Of a DNA stretch of 64,000 bases, positions 14,960-26,572 are shown piece by piece. The translations under genes were made by a program, and so were the position numbers. Within the stretch, counting starts at the first letter, position 1. Each line of letters begins with the position of its first letter. Origin of the DNA: Epithemia pelagica (taxonomy: Eukaryota > Protista > Bacillariophyta). Location of the stretch: assembly GCA_946965045.2 (NCBI GenBank), contig OX337235.1, positions 124,001 to 188,000 of the forward strand. The letters run 5' to 3'. The notes under the pieces are model-generated. The model saw only the letters and a program-made list of their open reading frames with translations. It was not told the origin of the DNA and made no database searches.

Positions 14960-15050
14960 ATGACCATGACGCTGCAAGAACAAAAGCATCGCAGTCGGGC
15001 CTTGTCCTTTTGGAAGAGACAACACAATGGAATCAAAATGACTGGCCTCC
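14960..15050 (+). pseudogene. 5' fragment of a Kelch-family gene (frameshifted, truncated)
   Basis: atgaccatgacgctgcaagaacaaaagcatcgcagtcgggccttgtccttttggaagagaca matches the start of 15833 with a 2-nt insertion; similarity stops after about 90 nt. Confidence 0.8.
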
Positions 15051-15832
15051 TAAAATGGCTGAAAATGGATGAAGGAATGACGACACTGACAGTAATCAGT
15101 GCAGTGCAGTAATGGGCATCCACCAAACTCCATATACAAAAGCTTTGTCCTACGGTTCAAGTGCCTCGAGATGGTCTGCCCAACGACCCCACAGTGCCCG
15201 TGGGAAATCACTGTTTGTGATGATGAGACTCTCTCGATCGACCAACTGGCCCCTGCAGCTTAGCGCCAGATGAGCAACAAAAGAACAGGAGGTATCTCCA
15301 TCGGGCCAAAACAAGTGTGGTGGAAGCAAATCCTCTTCTGATGAACCGCATTCGTCTTCAAAGTTTGGAAAGGTACGCAATGATGGGTACGTGGAATCTC
15401 TTGTTTCGTGTACATAACATCACCATCCCATGGGTCCCTCTGTATAAGAAGAAGAGTAGTTGTGGTTATCGAAAGCACAGAGACTCGAATTGCAAAGAGA
15501 TCCTCTAGAGTCATGAGCTTCCACAGAGAACTGGATAGGAGCCATAATACATATCAGTGGTTGTCTGTCTCGCCATGAGGTTTAGTTCGATATCCAAAAA
15601 CTGTCATGGAACTCCAAACAAGAATGCGTGATGATCTTCTTCCTTGCGTGGCTACGGTCACGATTTGTCTCGTGACGAAAGCGACTCATCTTTTTGGTCC
15701 ATCCATTTCGTCCAGTCAGTCGTGCTTCCCAGTCCGCACCCATCCGAATCACAGGAGCAAAGCAAACCTACGTGCCTCTTACAAGACAGAGTGTCTCGAT
15801 CCTCCTAAAATCTGCAGTAAAACGTTTGGAAC

Positions 15833-16939
15833 ATGAGCATGACGCTGCCAGAACAAGCATGGCAGTCGGGCCTTGTCCTTTTGGAAGAGACAGCACAATG
15901 GAACTTCGAGGAATGGCCTCCTCTTGTGGGTGGATGGCGTGACGCACATGCTACGGTCGTACTAAATCATCTCGGTACTACGGACAAGGATATCCACAAA
16001 CCGAGACAAACGGTCGTTGTGTTGGGAGGATATCAGCGAGGCCAGAATTCCACCAATTCCGTTCTTGTTCTTAATCTGGCAGACGCAGACAAGCAGTGGC
16101 GCGAAGGGCCACCCATGAACAAGACACGTCATGGACATGCCGCTGTTGTATGCAATGGCAGCATCTACGTGATGGGAGGGTTCGGTTCAACAACTTTGGA
16201 TTGTATCGAACGCATTGATGTCAATGATTTGTTACAATCCTCCTTAACAACGACCACCACACAGGACGGTCATTGGACGACGTTGAAATGTCGATTATCA
16301 ATGCGGCGACTAGGGTGTTGTGCTGTTGCGGTTCACAATCGATACATTGTGCTAATAGGTGGAAGGATCTACAACATGGGTTGTGTGTCGTCGGTTGAGA
16401 TTATTGATACCAGGAACCACACTGTCACTCCAGGACCAAGCATGAACATTCCTCGAATATTTTGTTCCAGTGCGGTCATTGGGCATCGCATCTTTGTCGT
16501 TGGAGGCTGGAACGACCATGGCTATCTTGACTCGGTAGAGTCCATTGACTTTGCAAGGCCATGTGACAATGAGGGGACAAAAAAGGAGACTGGTTCCTCT
16601 GTCATTTTCTTCTCGTCCGCTTGGATCACTCATTCTGATTTGGTGCTGTCCAATGCACGAAGTTCTGGTGCAGTGGTTGCCGTGGGATCTTGTCTCGTGG
16701 TGGCGGGAGGATATGGTCATACCGCGGAAATCTTGGATACGCACCGCAACCTCGTGTGGAATCTCCCTCCATTTGGAAATGAACGCGAAGGCTGTACTAT
16801 GGCGACTGTTGCCAATCAAGTTGCCGTGATTGGTGGATATCGCAACCCTTCCTGTGCGACATTACCACTCATGGACAAGAATACGTGGTGTTTTCGTCGA
16901 CTCTGTGAGCAGCAGCCCAACGGATGGAACCATTTATAG
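15833..16939 (+). CDS. Kelch-repeat beta-propeller protein
   Basis: Repeated GG-Y/W Kelch motifs (WREGPPMNKTRHGHAAVVCNGSIYVMGG; PSMNIPRIFCSSAVIGHRIFVVGG); intronless 368 aa ORF. Confidence 0.92.
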   Translation: MSMTLPEQAWQSGLVLLEETAQWNFEEWPPLVGGWRDAHATVVLNHLGTTDKDIHKPRQTVVVLGGYQRGQNSTNSVLVLNLADADKQWREGPPMNKTRHGHAAVVCNGSIYVMGGFGSTTLDCIERIDVNDLLQSSLTTTTTQDGHWTTLKCRLSMRRLGCCAVAVHNRYIVLIGGRIYNMGCVSSVEIIDTRNHTVTPGPSMNIPRIFCSSAVIGHRIFVVGGWNDHGYLDSVESIDFARPCDNEGTKKETGSSVIFFSSAWITHSDLVLSNARSSGAVVAVGSCLVVAGGYGHTAEILDTHRNLVWNLPPFGNEREGCTMATVANQVAVIGGYRNPSCATLPLMDKNTWCFRRLCEQQPNGWNHL

Positions 16940-18979
16940 GAAGGAATGGGTATCGGAGATGTCAATGCTGCAACCCATACCTGCCGCGGTAAAGGGAGGG
17001 ATGACACTTGTTTGTATTGTTCGTTATTGTAATGGAATTGGGCTTTTGACCCAAACTATAGTGATCGATTGACCTGATAGAAGGTGAAGCTATACTCTAG
17101 GATTGACATGATCTCCATAGGAAGCAGCATGTTGTAGAAAACAAGCCATCCGTTCAAGGACTAGGACACAGACGTTCTGAATTGAGTGGCCTGTCTCTCT
17201 GCTCTTGTTTGCAGAATCGCCCTTTCCCCATTAGTTCCGTTAGCTCTGCGTCGAATCAACGGCAAAGTTCCTGCGACTGGTTTCTCATGAGAAAAAGCAA
17301 AGCTATATACATTACAAGAAGTTCCACAAGATCCGAAACTCTCCACCTACTGTTTTTATTCTAGTGTCTTGGTGTGTTGCTTCGTCCACCACAACAGGGC
17401 GTCGACTCTTTCGCGGCAATTCAGGGACCTTGTACAAAGGCAAAGCTCACGGTACGTACGATCCAGCCCTTTGAGCCCTTTGTGGACACGCTTGTATTCA
17501 CAATTGGTAATTCAGTGCCTTTGCTGGTTGACATTGCCGATTCCAGAATCACACAACAAACGTCCACCGACAGTGCAGGTTAATCGCCGCTGCTCTACTG
17601 GAGTCGCCGTGGTGGAGAACAAAATTTGGATGGTCGATACCTGTACCAACAATTTGGTAACGAGTTTGGAATTTTATGCGACACCGTTTGGGAAGCATTT
17701 TGTAGCCCACACCACAGCACTGGTTGATTGATTGATCGGGGAGACTCATTCGCAGATGCACCCGTCCTCAATTGGCTTTGTTCATTCTCGAGCCTTTTTC
17801 TTGGCTTTTTTAGGTTGCGGGTCGTTTCGACATAGCATGACCCTGGAAACACTTGTTTCATTCTCGATGCACAAAAACGACATGTTCTCTTCTGATTCTT
17901 TGTCGATGGCTTTTGTGGAACGTCGTCCTGGTGTTGTAGGCGGATGGAACAACAATGATGTAAGAATTGACTGCATTGCTTTCTTTCGTATTAGCATCGT
18001 GACGACGAGTGAAGGGAGCAGTCATTACACCCTTGCCTGATGAGGCAACGGCAAAACCGTGATCCATACTGGTGGAGGATTTCTTGTTGTAGTCTCGTTT
18101 CAAGGAGCAACGGGATGGGAATGCAGTAGTGGAGCCCTCACATTGATTCTGGAACAGCAGGGGCGGGGAGCAGCCACCATGGTGTCGTCTCTTTCTTCAA
18201 CACTCCTCAACACTCTCTAGTACAGACAGAATGGCTGTTCTCGGTCGGTGCGAGCATGCTTCTGCTTTGAAATCCTTGGAGGAGGGCATTTGCGTGCGTA
18301 GTATGCGAGCCCATATGTGCGATACTATCCTGCTCACAGTTTGTTTTGGTGAACTCGAACACAGGTTGACACAAGACTTGGCCCGATGCAACGACCATGG
18401 TGCAGACAGGAGGTGAAACCAACACTGGCAGCAGCTTGCGGTCCAGACGACACCACTATAATCTCTTCATGATGCATGCCTGAATTTCTCGACGCATGTT
18501 CCATGTACATGTGCATGTTCCCTCGTGACCATTGACCGTCTCTCACTGCTTATTCTGCGTCTCTTGACAAGACCACCTGAGCCATTGGCTGTCAAAGAGC
18601 TGCGGGACGTTCCGAGGACCTTGATTTCGCAGATGCAAGAGTTGCGACAGTCTGCAATGCCTCCAATTCACACACTCGTCAACTGTCCGGGTCCCCAAAA
18701 TTGTGTAAAGCTCCATTCACAGAAGAACACCACTGCACCACGTCCCAGAGCTCGACTTCGGTCCACTTGCTGCTAGTCAAAGAGGACAAAACAGGATGAT
18801 GCGCTCTTGTTGATGGTGTCCATCGCTGTCATGAAGTCTATGTGCGATATCGTACGTACGACAGACACTCTGGCTCCAAAGCTTCCACGCGTAATAGTCT
18901 CCATCCAGACACATCAGTCCGCACCCATCAAACGCCCAATCTTCCCGATCCATGTAGCACTCAAAACGTTTGGACAACC

Positions 18980-20074
18980 ATGTCGACGACATTGCAAGAA
19001 CAAGCATGGCAATCGGGCCTTGTCCTGTTGGACGAAGAATGGAATCAAAATGCCTGGCCTCCTCTTGAGGGTGGATATCGTTATGATCATGCTTCGGTCG
19101 CACTTGACCACCCCGAAAACGACGACAACAACAACAACAAGGGGCAGACGGTTGTCGTGTTGGGAGGATACGATGAAGATGGGAATGTTACCCATTCCGT
19201 TCTGGTATTGAATCTTGCAGAGCCAGACAAGCAATGGCGAGAAGGGCCGCCCATGAACAAGAGACGCCGCGCACATGCCGCTGTTGTGTGCAATGGTGGA
19301 GTTTACGTCATGGGAGGAGACACTGGATTTTCAGGTCTTGATTGCATCGAACGGATGGAATCCCACGAAGTGGTACAATCCTCTTTCGCAACAGACAGTA
19401 CTCCTACGTATGATGAGAGCCCTTGGACGACATTAACTTGTCGATTATCAACGAGAAAATATGGATGTTGTGCTGTTGCAGTTCGAAACCGATACCTTGT
19501 AGTAAAGGGTGGATGGGACGAAAGGGAAGAATTTTCGTCGGTGGATATTATTGATACCAGCAATCATTCTGTCACTGCAGGTCCATCTTTGAACGTTCCT
19601 CGATCATGGTGTGCCAGTGCGGTCATTGGTCACCGCATCTTTGTCGTGGGAGGCCAAAACTATGACGACCCACTTGACTCGGTGGAGTATTTGGAATTTT
19701 CCAAAGACGACTTTTCGACTACAGCCAGTTCCTTCCCGTTTAAAACTTGGGTGACTCACTCTGATTTGGTGCTTTCCGACCCACTAGCTAATTGTGCAGT
19801 GGTTGCCGTGGGATCTTGTTTGGTTGTGGCCGGAGAACACCGTCGTACCGTGCATGTCTTGGATACGCACCGCAACCGCGTGTGGAATCTCCCACCCTTT
19901 GGAGCTCGCCTTCAAAGCTGCAGTATGGTAACGGTTTCCAATCAAGTTGCCGTGATTGGTGGGATTCGGAATCCTACCAGGGCGACATTTCGACTAGTGG
20001 ACAAGAATTCGTGGTGCTTTTGTCGACTCTGTGAACAGGATACCACTCATTTTCGGAAGCAATGGGTTTCCTAG
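18980..20074 (+). CDS. Kelch-repeat beta-propeller protein (paralog of 15833)
   Basis: Same N-terminus (TLQEQAWQSGLVLL), same Kelch repeats and same WCF.RLCEQ end; ATG at 18980. Confidence 0.92.
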   Translation: MSTTLQEQAWQSGLVLLDEEWNQNAWPPLEGGYRYDHASVALDHPENDDNNNNKGQTVVVLGGYDEDGNVTHSVLVLNLAEPDKQWREGPPMNKRRRAHAAVVCNGGVYVMGGDTGFSGLDCIERMESHEVVQSSFATDSTPTYDESPWTTLTCRLSTRKYGCCAVAVRNRYLVVKGGWDEREEFSSVDIIDTSNHSVTAGPSLNVPRSWCASAVIGHRIFVVGGQNYDDPLDSVEYLEFSKDDFSTTASSFPFKTWVTHSDLVLSDPLANCAVVAVGSCLVVAGEHRRTVHVLDTHRNRVWNLPPFGARLQSCSMVTVSNQVAVIGGIRNPTRATFRLVDKNSWCFCRLCEQDTTHFRKQWVS

Positions 20075-21850
20075 ATGCTGATATTTCTCCCGCCTTCACC
20101 ACCTCGCCATTGAAATCTGAATTTGCGTCAGCGAATTCGCGACGTGGTACTTAAGGGAACGAACACACTTGGATATCGTGACAGTTTTGTCAGTTCCAAC
20201 AACCCTCCATCCAATGCTCTGACGGTCCTGACAGCCCTGCCACCCTCCACGACCACGGGGGACAGTCCTCCCGACGAAGGTATTCTGCATCACTGTCACA
20301 AAACCACAACAATGGCACGCCACTCTCCAGCACGCATCGCAGTGTATCGTCGTTTGGAGATTCCAAGCCCATGTTTTTTGTGTTCGATTAGCCAAGCATG
20401 AAAAGAAGTACATTCTAGACTATCCTTGATCCATTATATAGCTGTTGCACTTGTTGTGATGTATGACCCACTAGAACTTGTGTGTACTGAGCAAATAATG
20501 ACGTGTTTGGATGACCCGATTCTTTTGTGCAAAGAAATATACTCTCTGCTCGAGGAAGAGATGGCGGAAGCAATGCGATGTACAAGTGGAAACGTTTGAT
20601 GAAAAAAGGGGCTCAACAAGTTGGCGATGACAAGAACGTGAGGAACAAAGACTTTGCGCACTTTATCGAACACGTGTCATGAGATGACCTTAGCGCAGAG
20701 GCAGAGGCAGAGAGACAATCCTACTACAGCGTATGGAAGGTGTGAACTTACGTTGTCGTTTCGTTTGTGCTTTAGGTTGATCGACTATGGACTATGATTA
20801 GTAGGAGTAACCTTTAGGAGTAATACTCCCACAGCTAGGTTTACCTTCAACTCCTTCATATTCCTAGTTGTTTCCCGTTTGTGGCCGTTGGTACGAATCA
20901 TTTGAATCGATGCCGGCCAAACAAGACCCATCTCCTCCGCCGGCCGAACCAACAAACACAAAAGCCGTCTCATGCAACGAGCACTGGAACAACAGGAACC
21001 AAAACCAACCACGAGGAGGGGAAAGTGCAGCCAATCGACAGTATCAATGCAATCACCATGGCACAGAGTGCCAGGATTTCTTCTCGTTGTTGGAACAGAA
21101 CACGGGCCGTGGTGAAACGTGCCTTGAAGCTCTCTGAACAACAACAACAAGAAACAAGAACAAGAAGGAAAACGATTGGCTCGACAAACAAAAGACACCC
21201 AAAGGAAGGATTCCCACAATCCCACGTGAACGGCTTCCAAACCCATTTTCGCTCGATTTTTCAGTCTTGTCTCCGTCTCCTCCACCGTGGAATCCTTTCT
21301 GTTCTGCAACGACTTCGAGACTCTCCAACAGGACGACCCTCACCAAAGCGTACGTCCAAAATCGTGTTGTTCTGTTGGAACTACGCTGGATGAACGGAAT
21401 ACTGTCGACACTCAACAGTTTTGTGTTCGTATCATCCATGACACAACAGCCAAACGACGCCTCATCTTTTAGGTGAAACGTGGGAGCTCGAACAGCAGGA
21501 GAAACACAGACCAGCCACAGAAAAAGCAAAACAACTCTTTGACGTGAGAAACAACAACAACAACCTTGTGCCAAAGGTCTTTTGCGTTGTTGTTGGTGGT
21601 GATGGTGTTTTGTGTCACGTGATTGTGATTGGACCGATTGATTCCTTCCTAAACCGGTGGAATTCCTACCCAAGAGGTGCAAGAGTGGAGTGGAAATCCT
21701 TTCTTCCTCTCTCCTACAGAAAAACAACCCATTCTTCATTCTCTCGCACCTCTCTTGCCCAACGAGCAGCAGCAGCGACTCGAACAACAAGAAGAAACAC
21801 CCTCCTCCTCCAATCTCCCTTTTTTCCATTTCCATCCAAACAGTATCATC

Positions 21851-23115
21851 ATGGACAGCAAAAGCCAACGCAATGGAGTCCAAGACGAACTCAAACGCTT
21901 GCGGGAATAGCACTTGGCCAAGAATCAGCGAGAAAAACTCAGAGAACGTACGTCCATAAAATATACCATTGCTCCCAGACTGTGTGTCGAATGGAGGCAT
22001 GCCCTTTTCCTCGATCCAACACCTGGTGTGCCCAAGTTGTGTAGGTTCTCATGGTCTGTTGTGCGTCGACATGTGTGTCTCACATTCTGTGTTGCATTGT
22101 TGTGCTTGGAACGGTGCTTTGGGTCCATGCTTCACCCTTGTATTGCTTGTTGTGTGTTCCAATTCTACTTATACACTTTTGCATGCGGCACTCCAATCTC
22201 TCTCTTACTCGGTCCATTATTATTATCATCATTCTTCACATTCTTCCAGTTTCCATGGCGCCCTTGACGACGCCCGAAGAGGCACAAGCCTTTTTGGCCA
22301 CCATGCGGGAAGCGCAACACACGCGTGAACGCTCCCATCAACCCCCCAGTAACTTGTCGGTCGATGGTATGGATGTCTGGTTTTTGCGACAACGCAAGGA
22401 AGAACAGGAATTGCGCAATGGACGACGCGAGGCGGAAACCATTTTGATCAATTATCGCAGTGGCAATCAAAATGGCAGCAATAATAACAACAACGGCAAT
22501 GGCAACAGCCGTGCCAGTTGGGACAACAAATCGTCGTCCACACCTCGTCATTCCTATGCCGGATCCGAACATGGCAATGATACACCCACCGATCCCAACG
22601 ATGACACGGAAAGCCACATTGCAGCTGACTATGCCGGTACTACGGCGGCTCTGTTTGCGACGCAACCCAAAACCACCAAGGGTTCAAGTCGTAGTAGTGG
22701 TTTGCCCGATCAAGAAGAAAAGAAGGAAAGCATGGAACCCTCCTCCCCATCACAGCGTCGATTTGGGGGAACCACACAACTGCCCTTGTCGGCCGTTCCC
22801 CTGTCGGTCGAACCCACGCCTCCCTTGACAACTCCGGCAGCGGTTGTGGAAGAAACCATTTGGAGGGACCTTGTCAGTTCTGCACCAGGTGTGCCAAGTT
22901 TCCACCTCAGGCGGGTTGGTATCACTTGTTTTGTTCCTATGCCTGTCCCGGATCGCATCGGGCCTTGATTGTGCGAGCCCTCAAGGGATTGCAATCTGTC
23001 ATTTCCGTCACCAATGACAAACATCGAGGCTGGGTCTTTGGACGACCTGGCGGAGATCCCTTTGTCAATACCATTCACAAAGGCGGGCCCTTCCCGGCGG
23101 CCTATTCCCTGGCCC
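21851..23115 (+). pseudogene. Glutathionyl-hydroquinone reductase (GST omega/Xi-like, YqjG/ECM4 family) pseudogene with long N-terminal extension
   Basis: Exon 21851-21947 carries an in-frame TAG at 21908. Phase-1 intron 21948-22249 joins in frame to ...SMAPLTTPEE. A 2-nt GT duplication at ~22891 shifts the frame before AKFPPQAGWYHLFCSYACPGSHRALIVRALKGLQSVISVT...GGPFPAAY. The gene is truncated at ~23115. Confidence 0.8.
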
Positions 23116-23126
23116 GGGTGGCCCGG

Positions 23127-23405
23127 CAATCTCCTCGTTACCACCGGAACCCTCACACTGGTTTGGTACAGCAATACGCAACCACCAGCACAACAACCGA
23201 AACAACAACCACCAAAACAACCACAATCACCGCCACCACATCACACTCAAACGAAAAAAAATGACGACCCCTATCCGCACTACCAACGACAACGACATGG
23301 ACCACACACCACCAAGAACAAGAAGAAAAAGAGAGGGTGAATCTTGAAGAAGAAGAACGACGACGACCACCACAGTTTCCTCGCGACGATCGAGCCGTAG
23401 TACTT
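23127..23405 (+). repeat. Dispersed ~280-300 bp repeat, copy A
   Basis: caatctcct...ggaaccctcacactgg..tggtacagcaatacgcaaccacca...gaatcttgaagaa...cgagccgtagtact is shared with 24928-25223. Confidence 0.85.
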
Positions 23406-24832
23406 CGAATAGCAACCAGAGGAGAAATCATTGCACCACCACATCTCTCCGTGGCGACGACCGAGCCGTATAATGATAACACTGAGGATTGCGACCTTGG
23501 AATCACACGACCTCTACAACGACGACGACGCGTCACGGGATCCTTTGGCGGCGGCTGTGGCAGAACATTCCAGAGATAGTGAAGAAGAATAAGAGCATGA
23601 CAACGTGGAAGGGAATGAAGAGTATCATGATTGGGAGAGGACATGGCGATCATGGTGCGCTAAGAATCGTTCGCCCAAGAAATGGTGGTACGGTCCATTC
23701 CATGATTTTGCTTTTGTTGTGTTGGATTGTTGCGTGTTGTTGTTGTTGTTGTTGTTGGCGTTTCGTGTTGTTCAGCGATCGGAGTCGAGGAGGTGCGAGG
23801 CAGCGGGGTCGGTTTATATCAACGCAACAATCCACCGTCGGGGCGGTCGAGGGCAGCAACCCACAGCGCAACAATCCACCGTCGGGCGTACCTCGAGGGC
23901 AGCGGAGCACACGAAAAGGACCACAACAAAAGAACGACGCATCCTTGGAACGGCAACGATTCCAAGACAACAAGAAGAATGGCAGTATCGCAATGGCTCG
24001 TTCTGTTTCAATTGCTTACTATTGCTCTTCTATGGAGTTGGAACAGTCCATTCTTCCTACAGGAACACGACAAAAGAGCAACAACAACAACTACTACAAC
24101 AAGGGAAGATACACACATGTGCGCAAGTCGTCGCATGAGGACATACAGTCGTGGAATTGGCCATTTCGTGTTTCTCTCTCATTCCTGAAACTCTCCTCGT
24201 CGTTATACTCGTACCACAACAACGCAAGCACAAGAACCACAACTCCATGTTGTCGGCCAATGAAAATTTGCAATGAGTGCGGCAACACAAGCGCCGCGTT
24301 GTCAACAAGGTAGAATCGTGCATGCCAATCGAAATTGTCGAGATTCGTTACTACGAGATACGGATGACGAATCCTTCTTGTTTGTGGTCACGGCGATCCA
24401 CAAACCATCGAAAAGCTTGTCCCTCCATCTCCCGTGCCAGTGGGATGACAACGACCAGAACTCTCCCACGAACGAAATGGTGGAAACCCAGCAATGCCTG
24501 CAACGATTGCAACGCCGTTGCTGGTGAGACGGAACAATGGATGGACATGCCAGGAGGAACTCGAGCATTTACTGCGGTTCTCGTTGCCTGGCTTTGGTCG
24601 GACCTCTCGGATGCTGCGAAAAAGGCGCGCAGAGGTGTTTGCGACAAAGGATGACCTTGCTTTGTCGGTAGCAAAAGTCGAATCATCGTAAAGAGACGCT
24701 GCTCGTTTCCTTGTGTGTGTGTGTTCTGGGAATTGACACAAGGCACTGCTGGAGCAACATAACGGGACAAAGGTCACGGATAAAAAGTTGTACAATGCCA
24801 ACGACTTGCAACTGACAGTCAAACTGCATCTC

Positions 24833-24923
24833 CGATCCCCTCGTCATGCCGTCGTCGCTTTCATGGAACCCGTCGTGGCCAAAGTCTTGGCCAGTCTGGC
24901 CCATTTGAGTCCCTCCGGATGGA
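24833..24923 (+). pseudogene. ~90 bp fragment of an EamA-transporter exon
   Basis: ccctcgtcat..ccgtcg..gct.tcatggaacc.gtcgtggcc.aa.tcttggcc.gtct aligns by eye with the sense strand of 32431-32525 (..LVISVAALMEPVVAELLACL..). Confidence 0.75.
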
Positions 24924-24927
24924 CCGA

Positions 24928-25223
24928 CAATCTCCTGGTCACTCTACGGGAACCCTCACACTGGTCTGGTACAGCAATACGCAACCACCACCATCATCAT
25001 CATCATCATCATCACAACCATTACAACCACAAAAAAACAACACTCATCACCACCGCCACACCACACTCAAACATAGAAAACGGACGACCACTATCCACAC
25101 GAAAAACGACAACGACATGGACCACACACACCACCAAGAACAAGAAGAAGAAGAGAGGATGAATCTTGAAGAACGACGACGACCACCACCACATTTTGCT
25201 CGCAACGACCGAGCCGTAGTACT
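24928..25223 (+). repeat. Dispersed ~280-300 bp repeat, copy B
   Basis: Homologous to 23127-23405. Confidence 0.85.
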
Positions 25224-26056
25224 ACTTATACCGGCAGCTTCCTCCCCAACGACAAGGACAAGAACACAAGAAGCAACAACCCTCGAACAACCACTATCAA
25301 CCAACCAACTAATCATTTTGGGTGGTTCCCAAGCCAACGCGCCAAGGCAAGGCCCTTTGGGACACAATACAAGAAGAAGAAGAAGAAGAACGAAACACTC
25401 GTGTCGTTCTTTGTGTGTGGACGGATCGATCCAAACGAAACCACACAACACTCAATTCTCTTGCTGTGGCGGATAAACCACAACCACGCCCACGGGTTGT
25501 TCCAGGACAACACTGTGATTGTTTGTCGTATTGACTTGTGTGTGTGTGTGTGCACGCGAACGCGGACAGTTGGATAGATAGAGTGTTGAGTAAGTATACC
25601 CATTAGTAGACTGGATGCAGTCCTAGAGATTCGGTAGTCTCTAGTAATAGATATGGAATGTTCTCTGCTGTTGTTGGTTCGGAGTAGTAGTTTCACCGGT
25701 ACCACCACCCGAGAGAGAGAAGAGATGGAACTCTTGTGTGTGTGTGTCGTGAGGCACGAAATCACGCGGCAAGAGCCACAAAACGACAAATACCGTTCCA
25801 TCCGGAGAGAGGCGGCTCTCGATTCTTTTATTCCACCCAATACAAAAGGTCTTGTGGCTACTACCTAGGTAGACACTCATGAATCTAAGTAGTGTTGTTA
25901 TTATCCAATACTTTTACTATACAAGCTCTCAAAAACAATAAGAATGATAAGAGTCATTGGGTTCGCATACATCCGCCAGTGGCCAATAGATAAAGATGTA
26001 GGATAGCAGCGTGGAACACCAGCCAGATATAGGTTCCCCGTGTTGTTTGTGGCTGG

Positions 26057-26572
26057 TTAGGCCGTAATGCTCAAACTTTGTCGCAGGGATTCGTGTCGTT
26101 GTCGATCGGCTTGCCACAATCGTCGTCGTCGTCGTCCCCACGGTCGTTGTGGTTTGTGGTTCGGCGAAGCTTGTGAGGATTGTGAATTGGAGAGTGGTGA
26201 CCCACTCAAACTGCTGCTGCCTCGTGGCGATAGTGGACTGGTCGTTCGGGTTCCACTGTGGCTGCTGCTCGACGTCGAGGTTGTGGAGGAGGACGACCCA
26301 CTCATGGAACTATTGCCATGGGACAACATGCAGGGCAAATAGCCATGACTGTCGCAATGGGTCAAGATGCGTTCGTTTTGACAGGAATAATGAAAGGCTT
26401 CGGAATGATGCCGACTGTGAAAATCCGACCAATTTTCGGCATGCAATCGTCTCTTGTGGTTGGTCGTTGTCGTCCTTTTGTTGCAAGGCGCCGCATACAA
26501 GCAATGACTGGACGGAGCCAAGACACTCAAACTACGGCTGCTGCTGGTGGCGGTGTATCGAGGAGGCGGCAT
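26057..26572 (-). CDS. Hypothetical Ser-rich protein (171 aa)
   Basis: ATG-initiated ORF MPPPRYTATS...RRRLWQADRQRHESLRQSLSITA; no recognised domain. Confidence 0.35.
   Translation of the reverse strand: MPPPRYTATSSSRSLSVLAPSSHCLYAAPCNKRTTTTNHKRRLHAENWSDFHSRHHSEAFHYSCQNERILTHCDSHGYLPCMLSHGNSSMSGSSSSTTSTSSSSHSGTRTTSPLSPRGSSSLSGSPLSNSQSSQASPNHKPQRPWGRRRRRLWQADRQRHESLRQSLSITA

Noticed and set aside
17370-18500. Fragmented minus-strand coding-like remnant (..VLWCGLQNASQ..HKIPNSLPNCWYRYRPSKFC..)
   Set aside because: Multiple stops and no recognisable family.
23489-24654. Type II membrane protein gene downstream of repeat A
   Set aside because: Broken across frames and low complexity, with no identifiable domain.
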